Source: a virus. Taken from it: a stretch of DNA of 64,000 bases. Every line of letters starts with the position of its first letter. Within the stretch, counting starts at the first letter, position 1. This document shows, piece after piece, positions 21,209-30,231 of the stretch. The stretch spans positions 32,001-96,000 of the IMG/VR virus record IMGVR_UViG_3300005747_000012, one strand, 5' to 3'. The position numbers were made by a program, and so were the translations under genes. Below the pieces are notes generated by a model. The model saw only the letters and a list, made by a program, of their open reading frames with translations. It ran no database searches and had not been told where the DNA came from.

Positions 21209-21853
21209 ATGATTAATAAAAATTATAAAAGCGAATATGGATTAATCAATGCTAAAATTGCAGATATTAATGCAGAAAATGCTCCGCTATGGTCTGTTGA
21301 GTATTTGCTTTTAGAAAATAATCCTGCACTTTTTTATTCTCTTGAAAATTACATAAGATTATGTAAAACTGACACAAAAGGCCTTTACAATCAATTTCCC
21401 ATAAGATATCACAATAAAGATGACTACACAAGCCCTGATCAGTTAATTGCATTTGTAGCATTTTTTAAAATGTCTAATTTAAACAGTGAAATCAAAGATA
21501 TCTGGAAATATCTAATCAACCACATTGGAACTTATGATAATTTAACTGCCAAAACTAACTGGTCAAGAATTATGCAACCAGCAGCTTTGGCTTTTGTTGG
21601 GGCGTGTGCCGGAAGTAAATGGGCCAAAATAGCTCTTTCCATATCTTGCGTATATTCTTGTGCTACCAAAAAAAATGAAACATCAGGAAAACTCAAGGCT
21701 TGGGTTATGTTTAAAACCCTTAACATGAAAATTACAGAATTTTTGTGTACTTATTTTATAAAAAAAACACCATTTAAAGATTGGAAGGGAATATTTTTTG
21801 AATATTTTCAAGAAAAAGAGCATCCAATAAGAAAAATATTGGGTAAAAAATAA
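21209..21853 (+). CDS. Hypothetical protein
   Basis: 214-aa ORF translationally coupled (TAATG) to the clpX-like gene. Confidence 0.6.
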   Translation: MINKNYKSEYGLINAKIADINAENAPLWSVEYLLLENNPALFYSLENYIRLCKTDTKGLYNQFPIRYHNKDDYTSPDQLIAFVAFFKMSNLNSEIKDIWKYLINHIGTYDNLTAKTNWSRIMQPAALAFVGACAGSKWAKIALSISCVYSCATKKNETSGKLKAWVMFKTLNMKITEFLCTYFIKKTPFKDWKGIFFEYFQEKEHPIRKILGKK

Positions 21854-22824
21854 TGAGTAAAGAAAAAAAATATATAATAAAAACTCCAGAACAAATAAAA
21901 AATGAGCTGGATGAATATGTTATAGGCCAAGAAAGTGCTAAAAAAAACCTAGCGGTTGCCGCCTATAATCACTTAAAAAGAATAAATGGTTGTGATATAA
22001 GGAAAAATAATCTTTTAATTATAGGTCCTACAGGATGTGGGAAGACATATTTAGTGTCAAATCTTTCCAAGATTCTAAATGTAGATTTTTTAACTGTTGA
22101 CGCTACACAATTCACGGCTTCTGGTTATGAAGGAAGAGATGTTCAGGAAATTGTAATTGAATTAATGAACATATGTGAAGATAGTGAAAAAAGAGCATCA
22201 AAATCTATTGTTTATATAGATGAGGTGGATAAGATAAAAAAGAAGCAATCTGGTGGAAATGCAGATGTAAATGGTGAGGGTGTGCAGCAATCTCTTTTAA
22301 AATTAATAGAGGGTAGCGAAATTCCTTATACATCTCCAAATTCAAGAAATGGAATGCGTGACAAAAAGCTAGATACTAAGAATATTATGTTTATATGCTC
22401 AGGAGCTTTTGTTGATTTAAAAGAGGCAACTACGGAAGGTCTGGTAAAATTTGGTATGATACCAGAGTTTTTAGGAAGATTTTCTTCCGTTGCTGAGATA
22501 CATCAACTAGAATTTGATGATTACAAAAAAATATTAACTGATTCAAAAGATTCTGTTTTAAATTCATTTAAAGAATGGTTTAAAAGTGAGAATGTTAGTT
22601 TGGTTATAAAAGAAAATGCTTTAGATTTAATTGCTAAAAGAGCTGTGGATAGAGGTTTGGGTGCTAGAGGATTGCAAAATATATTGGATGAAATCTTTTT
22701 AGACGCTCAATTTCAACTACCTAGCATGAAAATAAAACCTATTTGTTTTGTTTTAGATGCTGAAGTTATAGAAAAAAACAAACCAAAATGGGTTTATAAA
22801 AATGTTTTAAGTAAAAAACAATAG
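21853..22824 (+). CDS. clpX: ClpX-like AAA+ ATPase lacking zinc-binding domain and IGF loop
   Basis: 'LDEYVIGQESAKKNLAVAAYNH', Walker A GPTGCGKT, Walker B IVYIDEVDKI, 'DVNGEGVQQSLLKLIEG', 'GMIPEFLGR', 'GARGL'. Confidence 0.9.
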   Translation: MSKEKKYIIKTPEQIKNELDEYVIGQESAKKNLAVAAYNHLKRINGCDIRKNNLLIIGPTGCGKTYLVSNLSKILNVDFLTVDATQFTASGYEGRDVQEIVIELMNICEDSEKRASKSIVYIDEVDKIKKKQSGGNADVNGEGVQQSLLKLIEGSEIPYTSPNSRNGMRDKKLDTKNIMFICSGAFVDLKEATTEGLVKFGMIPEFLGRFSSVAEIHQLEFDDYKKILTDSKDSVLNSFKEWFKSENVSLVIKENALDLIAKRAVDRGLGARGLQNILDEIFLDAQFQLPSMKIKPICFVLDAEVIEKNKPKWVYKNVLSKKQ

Positions 22825-22906
22825 GCTTGTATGGTGGAATTGGTAGACACAGAGGGCTTCAACCCCTTGGGCTAAGGCCGTGCGGGTTCGAGTCCTGCTG
22901 CAAGCA
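22825..22906 (+). tRNA. tRNA with Leu-type body and UCA anticodon (predicted opal suppressor)
   Basis: Acceptor GCTTGTA/TGCAAGC; D arm GTGGAATTGGTAGACAC; anticodon stem GAGGG/CCCTT around loop CT-TCA-AC (anticodon 22859-22861); variable arm GGC-TAAG-GCC; T arm GCGGG-TTCGAGT-CCTGC; discriminator A; CCA not encoded. Confidence 0.9.
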
Positions 22907-23197
22907 TCATTTATTTTCAAAAATCTGATCCCAAGTCTGGTACTTGTAAGAGGGATTTTTTTTCCATTCTTCTTCTCTAAATAGCACAACTGTTTTATTG
23001 CTAAGTTCAATGCAGTTTCCATCTATAAGCCTGTACATAGTTATACATGGTATCTTTGCCGATACATTTTGCAGCAAATTTTTTGAAGCCTGTCGATCAT
23101 CAGAAAAAACTACAAATTTTTGTTTTTCTTTTAGAATTCCTTTTTCTAATATTGCGTTAATTAAACTATCCATTTTACACACCTTAAAATCATCCAA
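22907..23197 (-). CDS. Hypothetical protein
   Basis: 96 aa, last gene of the - strand block; its TGA stop abuts the tRNA discriminator. Confidence 0.6.
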   Translation of the reverse strand: MDDFKVCKMDSLINAILEKGILKEKQKFVVFSDDRQASKNLLQNVSAKIPCITMYRLIDGNCIELSNKTVVLFREEEWKKNPSYKYQTWDQIFENK

Positions 23198-23600
23198 TTA
23201 CATTTTTGACTACTTTAGCTAAAATAGCCCCGTCAACATTTTTTAATTCTTTTTTTATAGCACCAATTGTTTTGCCCATTTCTTTGCTAGGATTTTGTTT
23301 TAGATATTCTTCCACATATTTTTTAGTCTCTTCTTCAGACATCTGTTTCGGCAAAAGCTCTTTAATTAAACCATATTCTTTTTCTAAATCTTCGTATCTG
23401 TCGGTATTCTCAAACATTTTTAAAGTTTTAAATAATTTTTTTGCGTATTTTTCAACAACCTCTAGTTCACCAATTGGTTTTTTAGATTTTTCATTGTTTA
23501 AAAGTTCTGATTTTAATAAAACAAAAACATTAGAAGTAAATTTGTCTCCACTTTTTTTAGCATCAATTATTTTTTTATTTACTAAATCTAACATATACAA
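23190..23600 (-). CDS. GatB/YqeY domain protein
   Basis: 'AKKSGDK...LLKSELLNNEK', 'LLPKQMSEEE', 'MGKTIGAIKK...VDGAILAKVVK' match the YqeY pattern. Confidence 0.85.
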   Translation of the reverse strand: MYMLDLVNKKIIDAKKSGDKFTSNVFVLLKSELLNNEKSKKPIGELEVVEKYAKKLFKTLKMFENTDRYEDLEKEYGLIKELLPKQMSEEETKKYVEEYLKQNPSKEMGKTIGAIKKELKNVDGAILAKVVKNVIG

Positions 23601-23606
23601 ACCTTT

Positions 23607-23912
23607 TCACATAATTAATGGGCAAACTTGTTCGTAATATTCTTCGGTAGTTAAATCAAATTTAATATCTTTTTCTAACGTACCCATAGTTTCCCACCTA
23701 ATTTTTTTTTCAATTTTTCCATTTGGATATTTATAGTAATCAAAAGCAATTTCAAATTTTTCTCTATTATGAATAGGAATATATTTTTGTAAGATTTCAG
23801 AGAAATTGTAGCCCAGAATCTCTTTTAAAGGAATCTCTACAAACAAAGTTTTTACTTTAGTTACGTCAACTTTTTCACCTTCACATGTTGTTAAAAAAGT
23901 TTTGCTATTCAT
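23607..23912 (-). CDS. Hypothetical protein
   Basis: 101 aa, start overlaps upstream stop. Confidence 0.55.
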   Translation of the reverse strand: MNSKTFLTTCEGEKVDVTKVKTLFVEIPLKEILGYNFSEILQKYIPIHNREKFEIAFDYYKYPNGKIEKKIRWETMGTLEKDIKFDLTTEEYYEQVCPLIM

Positions 23913-24411
23913 TATAACTCCATCTAGGTTCTTTTTTATCTAAGTCCCAACGATCATTAATGTACAGCGAATATGCGACATGTACATCTTTAATATGTTT
24001 ATAATTAACGCCTAAACTATCGTGCGCTGCACAGTTAGGAAATTCTGTCCTAGCTCCAGCAGGGATGTTTTTAGCAAAAGCCATTGCAAGTTTAATGTTA
24101 TTTCGAGCATTTGCATGACCTTTGCCCCCACGCCTATAATGTTCGTTAAGAAATTCCAGTGTACTACGGCACATATGTAAGAAATTTGACCTGTTTTTTC
24201 TTACCCATACAGTACATGGATGATTAAAATGTCCCTTAATTCCAAAAGGATTGCCGTTTATACGCTTAGGAAGCTGCTCAGGCGTTGCACCGTGAAAGCC
24301 CATAGCAACAGCAATCATTTGCTGAAATTCACTAATAAACTTATTTAAACGCACATTGTCCATAAATTTAGCGTTGCCTTTGGGTGTTGGTGTTGGCACT
24401 GGATAATTCAT
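23905..24411 (-). CDS. Pyrimidine-dimer glycosylase-like (DenV/Pyr_excise-related) protein
   Basis: 'DNVRLNKFISEFQQM', 'HFNHPCTVWVRKNRSNF', 'EHYRRGGKGH' as in the widespread phage family. Confidence 0.7.
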   Translation of the reverse strand: MNYPVPTPTPKGNAKFMDNVRLNKFISEFQQMIAVAMGFHGATPEQLPKRINGNPFGIKGHFNHPCTVWVRKNRSNFLHMCRSTLEFLNEHYRRGGKGHANARNNIKLAMAFAKNIPAGARTEFPNCAAHDSLGVNYKHIKDVHVAYSLYINDRWDLDKKEPRWSYNE

Positions 24412-24590
24412 TGTATTTTCCTTTCTTTTTCTTCTTCTTTGAAAATATTTTTTACAACAATTTCAACCTTATCATCTCTTTCTGAAATTGCTAAAAGTAT
24501 TATATCATAAAGACCGCCTAATTCCAAGAAAACAATCTCTTGTTCTGGGTCAAAATCTTGCAAGTGCTCAATAAAAGCTTTTACCTTCAT
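24408..24590 (-). CDS. Hypothetical protein
   Basis: 60 aa, 'MKVKAFIEHLQDFDPEQEI' common phage N-terminus; ATGA overlaps. Confidence 0.6.
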   Translation of the reverse strand: MKVKAFIEHLQDFDPEQEIVFLELGGLYDIILLAISERDDKVEIVVKNIFKEEEKERKIQ

Positions 24591-24901
24591 ATTTTCCTAC
24601 TTTTTAATATTTTATTAAAGCTTTTTTTTGCTTCACATTTTGGCTTGCACCATCTTAACCACTCTCTAAGGTCATATAAAGAATCTGTACATCTACCATA
24701 TTTATAACCGGTTTCTGCATGGTCGGCGTGACAAAAAGACAGGTCTGACATAGTTTCGGTGTATTTTATTTTCCAATTTACAACCTCATTTTTAAGCTTA
24801 GACTTCTGATATAACAACACACCTACAGACACAGAAAGCCCTAAAATAAGGGCCAAAAGAAAATAAAATGCTTTGTCTAGCATGTCCATTTTATCCCACA
24901 T
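24587..24901 (-). CDS. Membrane-anchored hypothetical protein
   Basis: N-terminal hydrophobic helix followed by a Cys-containing region. Confidence 0.55.
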   Translation of the reverse strand: MWDKMDMLDKAFYFLLALILGLSVSVGVLLYQKSKLKNEVVNWKIKYTETMSDLSFCHADHAETGYKYGRCTDSLYDLREWLRWCKPKCEAKKSFNKILKSRKI

Positions 24902-25086
24902 TATTTTTGACCTCGCTCTAGGTCTTTACATACTTGATAAGTGTTTTTTATATCAGTGCCAAATCCATCCATAAACCTTTCAGTGCATTCAACTACTTTT
25001 TGTTTATAGGGTTTTTTGTAGTTTCTTATGACTACAGGATCAAGAGCGCATCCAGATAAAAGAAGTAAAATAATAAGCTTTTTCAT
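24901..25086 (-). CDS. Small lipoprotein
   Basis: MKKLIILLLLSG-C lipobox. Confidence 0.65.
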   Translation of the reverse strand: MKKLIILLLLSGCALDPVVIRNYKKPYKQKVVECTERFMDGFGTDIKNTYQVCKDLERGQK

Positions 25087-25457
25087 TGCGGTAAATTCTC
25101 CTTAATTTTCCAAATAAAAACATCAAATTCATTTTTTTTATACCTTGACCACTCATAGTTGATTGTATCTATTGACAACAACAAAACACCATTAACAGGT
25201 GCCCCTTTTTCTTTCAAGATAAAAAGAACAAGTTGCTCACCGTTAATTCCGTTATACTTATTAGCCAAATATTCCAGTTCATGAATAGAACAATAGCCTG
25301 ATTTTAATCTTTTTTTATTTGTTATTTTTTTTTTATTTGTTATTTTTTTTCTAAATTTTCTTTTAAAAAAAATACACATATTTTTTAATGTTTTATTTTT
25401 TATCATATTTAAACTCTGTATGATAAACTGTTTTTTTAGAAATATAAAAAAATACAA
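25083..25457 (-). CDS. Hypothetical protein (true start probably downstream)
   Basis: ORF with tandem KKITNKK duplication; ATGA overlap with the next gene. Confidence 0.45.
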   Translation of the reverse strand: MYFFIFLKKQFIIQSLNMIKNKTLKNMCIFFKRKFRKKITNKKKITNKKRLKSGYCSIHELEYLANKYNGINGEQLVLFILKEKGAPVNGVLLLSIDTINYEWSRYKKNEFDVFIWKIKENLPQ

Positions 25458-25599
25458 TCATTTGAAAAACAAAAGGTGCTGGAGCAGGAGCGTTTATTTT
25501 ATCAAATAAATAATGCGCCCAAGTTGAGCTGTACATTGCCCCTGATATAAGCGTGATTCCTACTAAAAATTTATGAAATCCTTCTTTAAATTCCTTCAT
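25393..25599 (-). CDS. Small membrane protein
   Basis: Two hydrophobic segments; ATGA overlap with the upstream gene. Confidence 0.5.
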   Translation of the reverse strand: MKEFKEGFHKFLVGITLISGAMYSSTWAHYLFDKINAPAPAPFVFQMIVFFYISKKTVYHTEFKYDKK

Positions 25600-25892
25600 T
25601 CTAAATATCCCATGTTAACACCATGAACATCTAGAATATCTGCAACATTACCTCTAATAATCTCGCAAACCCTATGTAATAATTTGGATTCAAAATCATT
25701 TAACCTATGTGGCCCATCTTTAACATTTATAATATCACCTATATCAATACCTTTTGAATATTTGGTATATTCTCTTAACATATTATCAATATCATGAAGG
25801 GCTAAAAAAGCATCGGTCGCTGCAATTGCTCTTAAGTGTGCTTTTTTATCACTAAAATCATCTAGATCAAATTCAAGTATTGCTTTTCCCAT
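25596..25892 (-). CDS. Hypothetical phage protein
   Basis: 'MGKAILEFDL...HLRAIAA' common phage N-terminus. Confidence 0.65.
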   Translation of the reverse strand: MGKAILEFDLDDFSDKKAHLRAIAATDAFLALHDIDNMLREYTKYSKGIDIGDIINVKDGPHRLNDFESKLLHRVCEIIRGNVADILDVHGVNMGYLE

Positions 25893-25903
25893 TTTAACGC
25901 CCT

Positions 25904-26881
25904 TTATACTCTTGTTTCCTTTATTAAATATCTTATTGCTTGATTTGTGATATCATTAGTTTGAGCCAAATTAAATCTAAGATATTTATCTTTTCCTTTG
26001 CTGTCCATTTCAACATAAGTAAAACCTAGTTTATTCAATAATTTACATGCAATAGGGTCAGCCCAAGCAGGGTAAAACATTCCGTTTTCAGGCACTTCTT
26101 GATTATCAAACAATCCCTTAATTCTATCCCACATTTCTCGGTTGTTATTTACTCGATATTTTGCAGACCTCATGAAGTTATTTAAATCCATATTGTCAAA
26201 AATGTCAAGCAAAAGTTCTTGGGAAGGAACAGAGACCGTACATAATTCGTATAAATTTTCATCTCTAAAAGCTTCATAGTCCTTCTGAAAGTTGGTAGCA
26301 ATCCAGCCTACCCTTACCCCTGTCAAGCCAAAAACCTTGCTGTAGGAGCCGCAATTGACTCTGTGATCGGGAATTACAGGTATAGTATTGACATATACAG
26401 GGTTGTGATAAACACTATCCCAAATAATATTGTTTTTATGGTCAGAGTACAGTAACAAATCGCCTGCCGGATTGGATGGGCTGTCCACAAGACCTACTGC
26501 GCTAGAAGAATTAAGCTGTTTTTCATGGTTACGATATAAGCCAATTTTATGTTTATAATTATTTTTCTCAATAATTGCAGGGTAATAAGGAAAATGATAT
26601 TTATGTGTATAACAATTTTTTTTACCTTCTTTAGCCATTACTCGCAAGGCTACGTTGATAGCTCCAGTTGTGCCGTTAGTAATCACAATATATTTATACT
26701 CAATTCCGGTAGTTTCTTTAATAAACCAACGTGTTAAATTAATCAAGTCTTCATTTCCATCGTCAAGACAATATTGTAATTCATCTATATCTACTGGTTT
26801 TGTCATTGATCTTTTATAGTAATGCTTTAAAGCTTCTCTAACACAAAATGGTTCGCCCCAGCCAAAATCAAAATTACTCAT
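25904..26881 (-). CDS. PLP-dependent aminotransferase class I/II
   Basis: 'ITNGTTGAI', 'SPSNPAG', 'WDSVY', PLP-lysine motif 'GSYSKVFGLTGVRVGW', C-terminal 'YLRFNL'. Confidence 0.88.
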   Translation of the reverse strand: MSNFDFGWGEPFCVREALKHYYKRSMTKPVDIDELQYCLDDGNEDLINLTRWFIKETTGIEYKYIVITNGTTGAINVALRVMAKEGKKNCYTHKYHFPYYPAIIEKNNYKHKIGLYRNHEKQLNSSSAVGLVDSPSNPAGDLLLYSDHKNNIIWDSVYHNPVYVNTIPVIPDHRVNCGSYSKVFGLTGVRVGWIATNFQKDYEAFRDENLYELCTVSVPSQELLLDIFDNMDLNNFMRSAKYRVNNNREMWDRIKGLFDNQEVPENGMFYPAWADPIACKLLNKLGFTYVEMDSKGKDKYLRFNLAQTNDITNQAIRYLIKETRV

Positions 26882-27401
26882 TACTTTCTTCCTCTTTTTC
26901 TTTTTCTTCTTTTTCTTCTTTTTCTTCTTTTAAAACTTCCTCTAGGCTTTTTTCTAACCATTCAACAACAAAATCTTTTTTAATACTGTAAATTTCATTT
27001 TCTAGCTGTTCTAATTCAAAATCAAATAGTCTAAATTTTTCAGCAATTTCTACTTTTCTTTTTTTTGAGTATTCTTCCAAAGCATTTTTAAACTCTTGTT
27101 CTTTTAAATGAGCATTTACAAATTCTTTTTTTACATAAGTTTGAAAACTTGACGACCAACAGCACTCTTTGCATACATGCACTTCCTGCCCCATTATTGG
27201 CATTTTTACCCATGTGTGAGGGCCTATGCATTTTTGCGCTTCCAAATTATCCCTGTTTTGTTTTATTTTTTTTACATATTTTATTTGCTGCCATAAACCT
27301 CTAACAACAAATACAAAGAAAAATGGCACTGCTAAAACAAAAACAATGTCAAACCAAGCCATTTTGGATATATAGTCAATCAGTGCTATTTTCATCTCCA
27401 T
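26874..27401 (-). CDS. Membrane-anchored protein with Cys/His motif and coiled coil
   Basis: TM helix, 'CIGPH...CKEC', acidic tail. Confidence 0.6.
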   Translation of the reverse strand: MEMKIALIDYISKMAWFDIVFVLAVPFFFVFVVRGLWQQIKYVKKIKQNRDNLEAQKCIGPHTWVKMPIMGQEVHVCKECCWSSSFQTYVKKEFVNAHLKEQEFKNALEEYSKKRKVEIAEKFRLFDFELEQLENEIYSIKKDFVVEWLEKSLEEVLKEEKEEKEEKEKEEESNE

Positions 27402-27480
27402 TTTTATTTTCCTTATCTTCTTTTTTAGCCGGGCACCAAGAATTGCCGCAAGCTACATCGCAAAAATCGCATTTACTCAT
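27376..27480 (-). CDS. 34-aa Cys-rich micro-protein
   Basis: MSKCDFCDVACGNSWCPAKKEDKENKNGDENSTD*; start overlaps the clpP-like stop and it fills the gap exactly. Confidence 0.5.
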   Translation of the reverse strand: MSKCDFCDVACGNSWCPAKKEDKENKNGDENSTD

Positions 27481-28198
27481 CTTTAGGCCTTTCTATTTCA
27501 TCTATCAAGTTTAATTTTAAAGCCATTTCAGCATCAATAAATGTGTCAAAATTAAGCATTAACTCAAGTTTTTCTCTATTAATATCAATCATTTTTCTTT
27601 TTGAACTTGAATGCAATTTGGATATCTCTTTGTCTTTACCAATTAAGTGCAAATACTCTTCTTGAGTAATTTTATTATCTTCAATTTTTTCTAGAAATAC
27701 ATCTTCCATCAATTTATTTATTTTATCGCCTTCAAGCGCATATTTTTGAAATGTCTTTGAATGAGTATCCCCACCATCATACCCATAATGAATCATAATT
27801 CGTGAATTTGGAGTCATTACACGATAGTCAGCCGCCTGCAAAATCCAAGAACCCATGCTCATAGCGTGACCATAAACTTTTATGGTTATATGATTTTTAC
27901 AGTTTCTAATAGCATCATATATAGCAAGCCCATGGTACACCTCTCCACCCGGATTATTCATAATAATTGTAATTGGCTTGTTTCCTTTTCGTGATTCAGC
28001 ATCTTGATTATCTAAAATATGAAGAGTTTTAATCATTTGTTCAGCCATCATGTGATCTACACCACTTTCACAACCTTCATCATCAGTACTGGCACTTCCC
28101 ATATAAATAGTTCTGGTAGGAAGGTAGATGTCATTTTCCATAAATTGGTCAACATCATCTTTTTTAAACTTGTGATATGTGTCATTACTCATTATCAC
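27473..28198 (-). CDS. clpP: ClpP-like protease (cytoplasmic)
   Basis: 'MNNPGGEVYHGLAIYDAI', catalytic Ser 'AMSMGS', His 'IMIHYG', Asp 'FDTFIDAEMALKLNLIDEI'. Confidence 0.85.
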   Translation of the reverse strand: MIMSNDTYHKFKKDDVDQFMENDIYLPTRTIYMGSASTDDEGCESGVDHMMAEQMIKTLHILDNQDAESRKGNKPITIIMNNPGGEVYHGLAIYDAIRNCKNHITIKVYGHAMSMGSWILQAADYRVMTPNSRIMIHYGYDGGDTHSKTFQKYALEGDKINKLMEDVFLEKIEDNKITQEEYLHLIGKDKEISKLHSSSKRKMIDINREKLELMLNFDTFIDAEMALKLNLIDEIERPKDE

Positions 28199-29081
28199 TC
28201 CTTACACTAACTTTATCGGCAAAATTCCATCCATTTGTTATTGCTTCTAACCACTCTTTTTGATTAAAATCTGGCTGTTCTTCATAATATCTACCAAGAA
28301 ATGAAATTGATTCATCAAGACCCATACCGTTAATTGCAAACTCACATCCAATTGACATCCATTTTTGATTTCTTGAACCTTCTGAATTGTGAACACCTTC
28401 TACCAAAGCTTTTTTAGCCCATTCTCCTACGCCTTTAATATTAAAACTGCCTGTATTTCTAGGTTTCATTTGCATTACTTTTGGTGCTTTATCAGGGTAT
28501 TTATTAAGCCACTTTCCAAGTTTATCAATATTAATTCTGGAACCCATTTCAACTATTCTTTGCTCTTTTCCTGTTTCTGGCCTAATGACACTTGGAAATC
28601 TTACCGAACGTGATGGGTTTTTCGTGTATGGATCGGCTTTGTCAAGAATATTTAAAATCCACTGCGCTGTATGTTTATAAATTGTTTCGCTAGGAATGTC
28701 AGATTCAAGCACTAATGCAAAGTGTAAAGATTTACTTCCAGAAAAACAACAGTATGAATATGGAAAGCCCATATCTTTTATATATTTATATTGTTCTTCC
28801 AATGACATATCATCACACTCTACTAAAAATGTACGATAGGCCGTGGCGTTTTCATCTCTTCTCCACCCATTAATTGGGTTAATTGCCACTAATCTAACAG
28901 CTTCTTCTTTTATAAATCTATTTTTTTTATCTTCTTTTGGTGAAACAAGCTTGATATCACCTTCAAATTCTTCTTGGGATATGCTGTGATAACCACCCTG
29001 ACAGTCTGATACGCAAATTGTCTCACCTTCATTAAAAAATAAATTTAAAAAATTTTTAGTTGTTTCCTTCATTTCTTCCAT
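28185..29081 (-). CDS. AEP/RepB-like DNA primase with PriCT-like C-terminus
   Basis: 'FLVECDD', 'FSGSKSLHF', 'DPYTKNPSRSVRFP', 'GSRNQKW'; adjacent to helicase. Confidence 0.75.
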   Translation of the reverse strand: MEEMKETTKNFLNLFFNEGETICVSDCQGGYHSISQEEFEGDIKLVSPKEDKKNRFIKEEAVRLVAINPINGWRRDENATAYRTFLVECDDMSLEEQYKYIKDMGFPYSYCCFSGSKSLHFALVLESDIPSETIYKHTAQWILNILDKADPYTKNPSRSVRFPSVIRPETGKEQRIVEMGSRINIDKLGKWLNKYPDKAPKVMQMKPRNTGSFNIKGVGEWAKKALVEGVHNSEGSRNQKWMSIGCEFAINGMGLDESISFLGRYYEEQPDFNQKEWLEAITNGWNFADKVSVRSDNE

Positions 29082-30231
29082 TAAAAATATTTTTAAGTTC
29101 TTCTTTGCTTTGTTCGTTGCTTTCTCTAGTTACTTTTGAGGCGGTAACTTTGGCATCAAATTCAGGACTCCACTCAACAAATTTTTGCATTTTTTTATCA
29201 AATGGTAAATGATGTTTTCTTTGCAAATCTCCGTGGCTAAACCGAACTTTGTGCGCCCAAAAATAAGAGCAACTATTATCAAAATCTTTTACAAGCTCAA
29301 TAATATCGGTAGCATAAATAATTATACCTTTACCACCTTTCCACCTGTACATTACATGATTGTTTTCAAAATCTAACGCACCTTTATCTTCAACTTTTTT
29401 CTCACTTCTAATACCTTCACATTGAGCCATTGCAATAATAGGAAATGGCGCAGTATCTTTAAAAATATTAAGCTCAGAAGCTAACCTGTTGTTAACATGC
29501 CAAGGGTCAATATTTCCAAACTCACTCATGTTTACATTGGTATAATAATCAAGAATTACTGCGTCAAAATTACCCTTGGCTTTTTCAAGTGTTGCCATAA
29601 CACCATCAACTGTTGTTACTTTATAGGCATCAACTTCATTTTTTGGAGAAATAACAACAAGATTGCCGTTATTTGCCAAAAGTTCTCCGTCCAACAAAAC
29701 CTTTTCAATTTCTTCATGAGTACATTTGCTTGTTTTATAATCACCAAAAGATACATTGGTTCTAAGACATGAAATTCTTGCTCTAACGTCTTCCTCTTTT
29801 TCTTCATTTGACAAAATAAGAACACGCTTATTTTCATTTACCAATGCTTCAGCAAGGTGAGCTGTCATGGTGGATTTACCATTGTTTGTCATTGAAGGGA
29901 TGACCATCAAAGAGCCGGGTGCTGCAACAAAATCTTTAGACACTATTTCGTTAAAAAATGTGACGGCATTTTTACGATCTTCAAGCTCTTTTAACATAGA
30001 TTCACGATTAAATCCACGTTTAGTTAAGTCCTCTTTTTCAAGACTATCTTGAATGTTAGACATTTTTTCGTATTGTTTTTGTTGAACTTTTAGTTTTTTA
30101 TTATATATAAAAGCATTTATACGCTTATTTTCTTGAATAAGCTTTTCTGTTTCGACATTTTGCTCATACTCTTGACGTATAATTTTGTCGTACTCTTCAT
30201 GCTCTTTTTTGTTTGTGTTATTGTCAGACAT
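29056..30231 (-). CDS. DnaB-like replicative helicase
   Basis: P-loop 'SMTNNGKST', 'VLILSNEE', Walker B 'VILDY', 'IIAMAQ', 'KVRF'; next to primase. Confidence 0.7.
   Translation of the reverse strand: MSDNNTNKKEHEEYDKIIRQEYEQNVETEKLIQENKRINAFIYNKKLKVQQKQYEKMSNIQDSLEKEDLTKRGFNRESMLKELEDRKNAVTFFNEIVSKDFVAAPGSLMVIPSMTNNGKSTMTAHLAEALVNENKRVLILSNEEKEEDVRARISCLRTNVSFGDYKTSKCTHEEIEKVLLDGELLANNGNLVVISPKNEVDAYKVTTVDGVMATLEKAKGNFDAVILDYYTNVNMSEFGNIDPWHVNNRLASELNIFKDTAPFPIIAMAQCEGIRSEKKVEDKGALDFENNHVMYRWKGGKGIIIYATDIIELVKDFDNSCSYFWAHKVRFSHGDLQRKHHLPFDKKMQKFVEWSPEFDAKVTASKVTRESNEQSKEELKNIFNGRNEGNN

Noticed and set aside
1063-21726. Many short antisense or alternate-frame ORFs inside long structural genes
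   Set aside because: Shadow ORFs with no RBS or motifs, fully nested in well-supported genes; same for + strand shadows of the - strand block.
22825-22906. Reading the tRNA as tRNA-Leu(CAA) or tRNA-Sec
   Set aside because: The CAA register gives a stem AGGGC/CCTTG with two mismatches and two G-U pairs; bacterial tRNA-Sec needs an 8-bp acceptor, long D stem and G73, all absent.
24587-25086. Lipoprotein plus TM protein as a spanin pair
   Set aside because: Order is reversed from the usual i-spanin/o-spanin arrangement and they sit among early genes far from the endolysin.
25300-25350. KKITNKK tandem duplication in A/T runs
   Set aside because: Simple slippage in low-complexity sequence; no evidence of phase variation.
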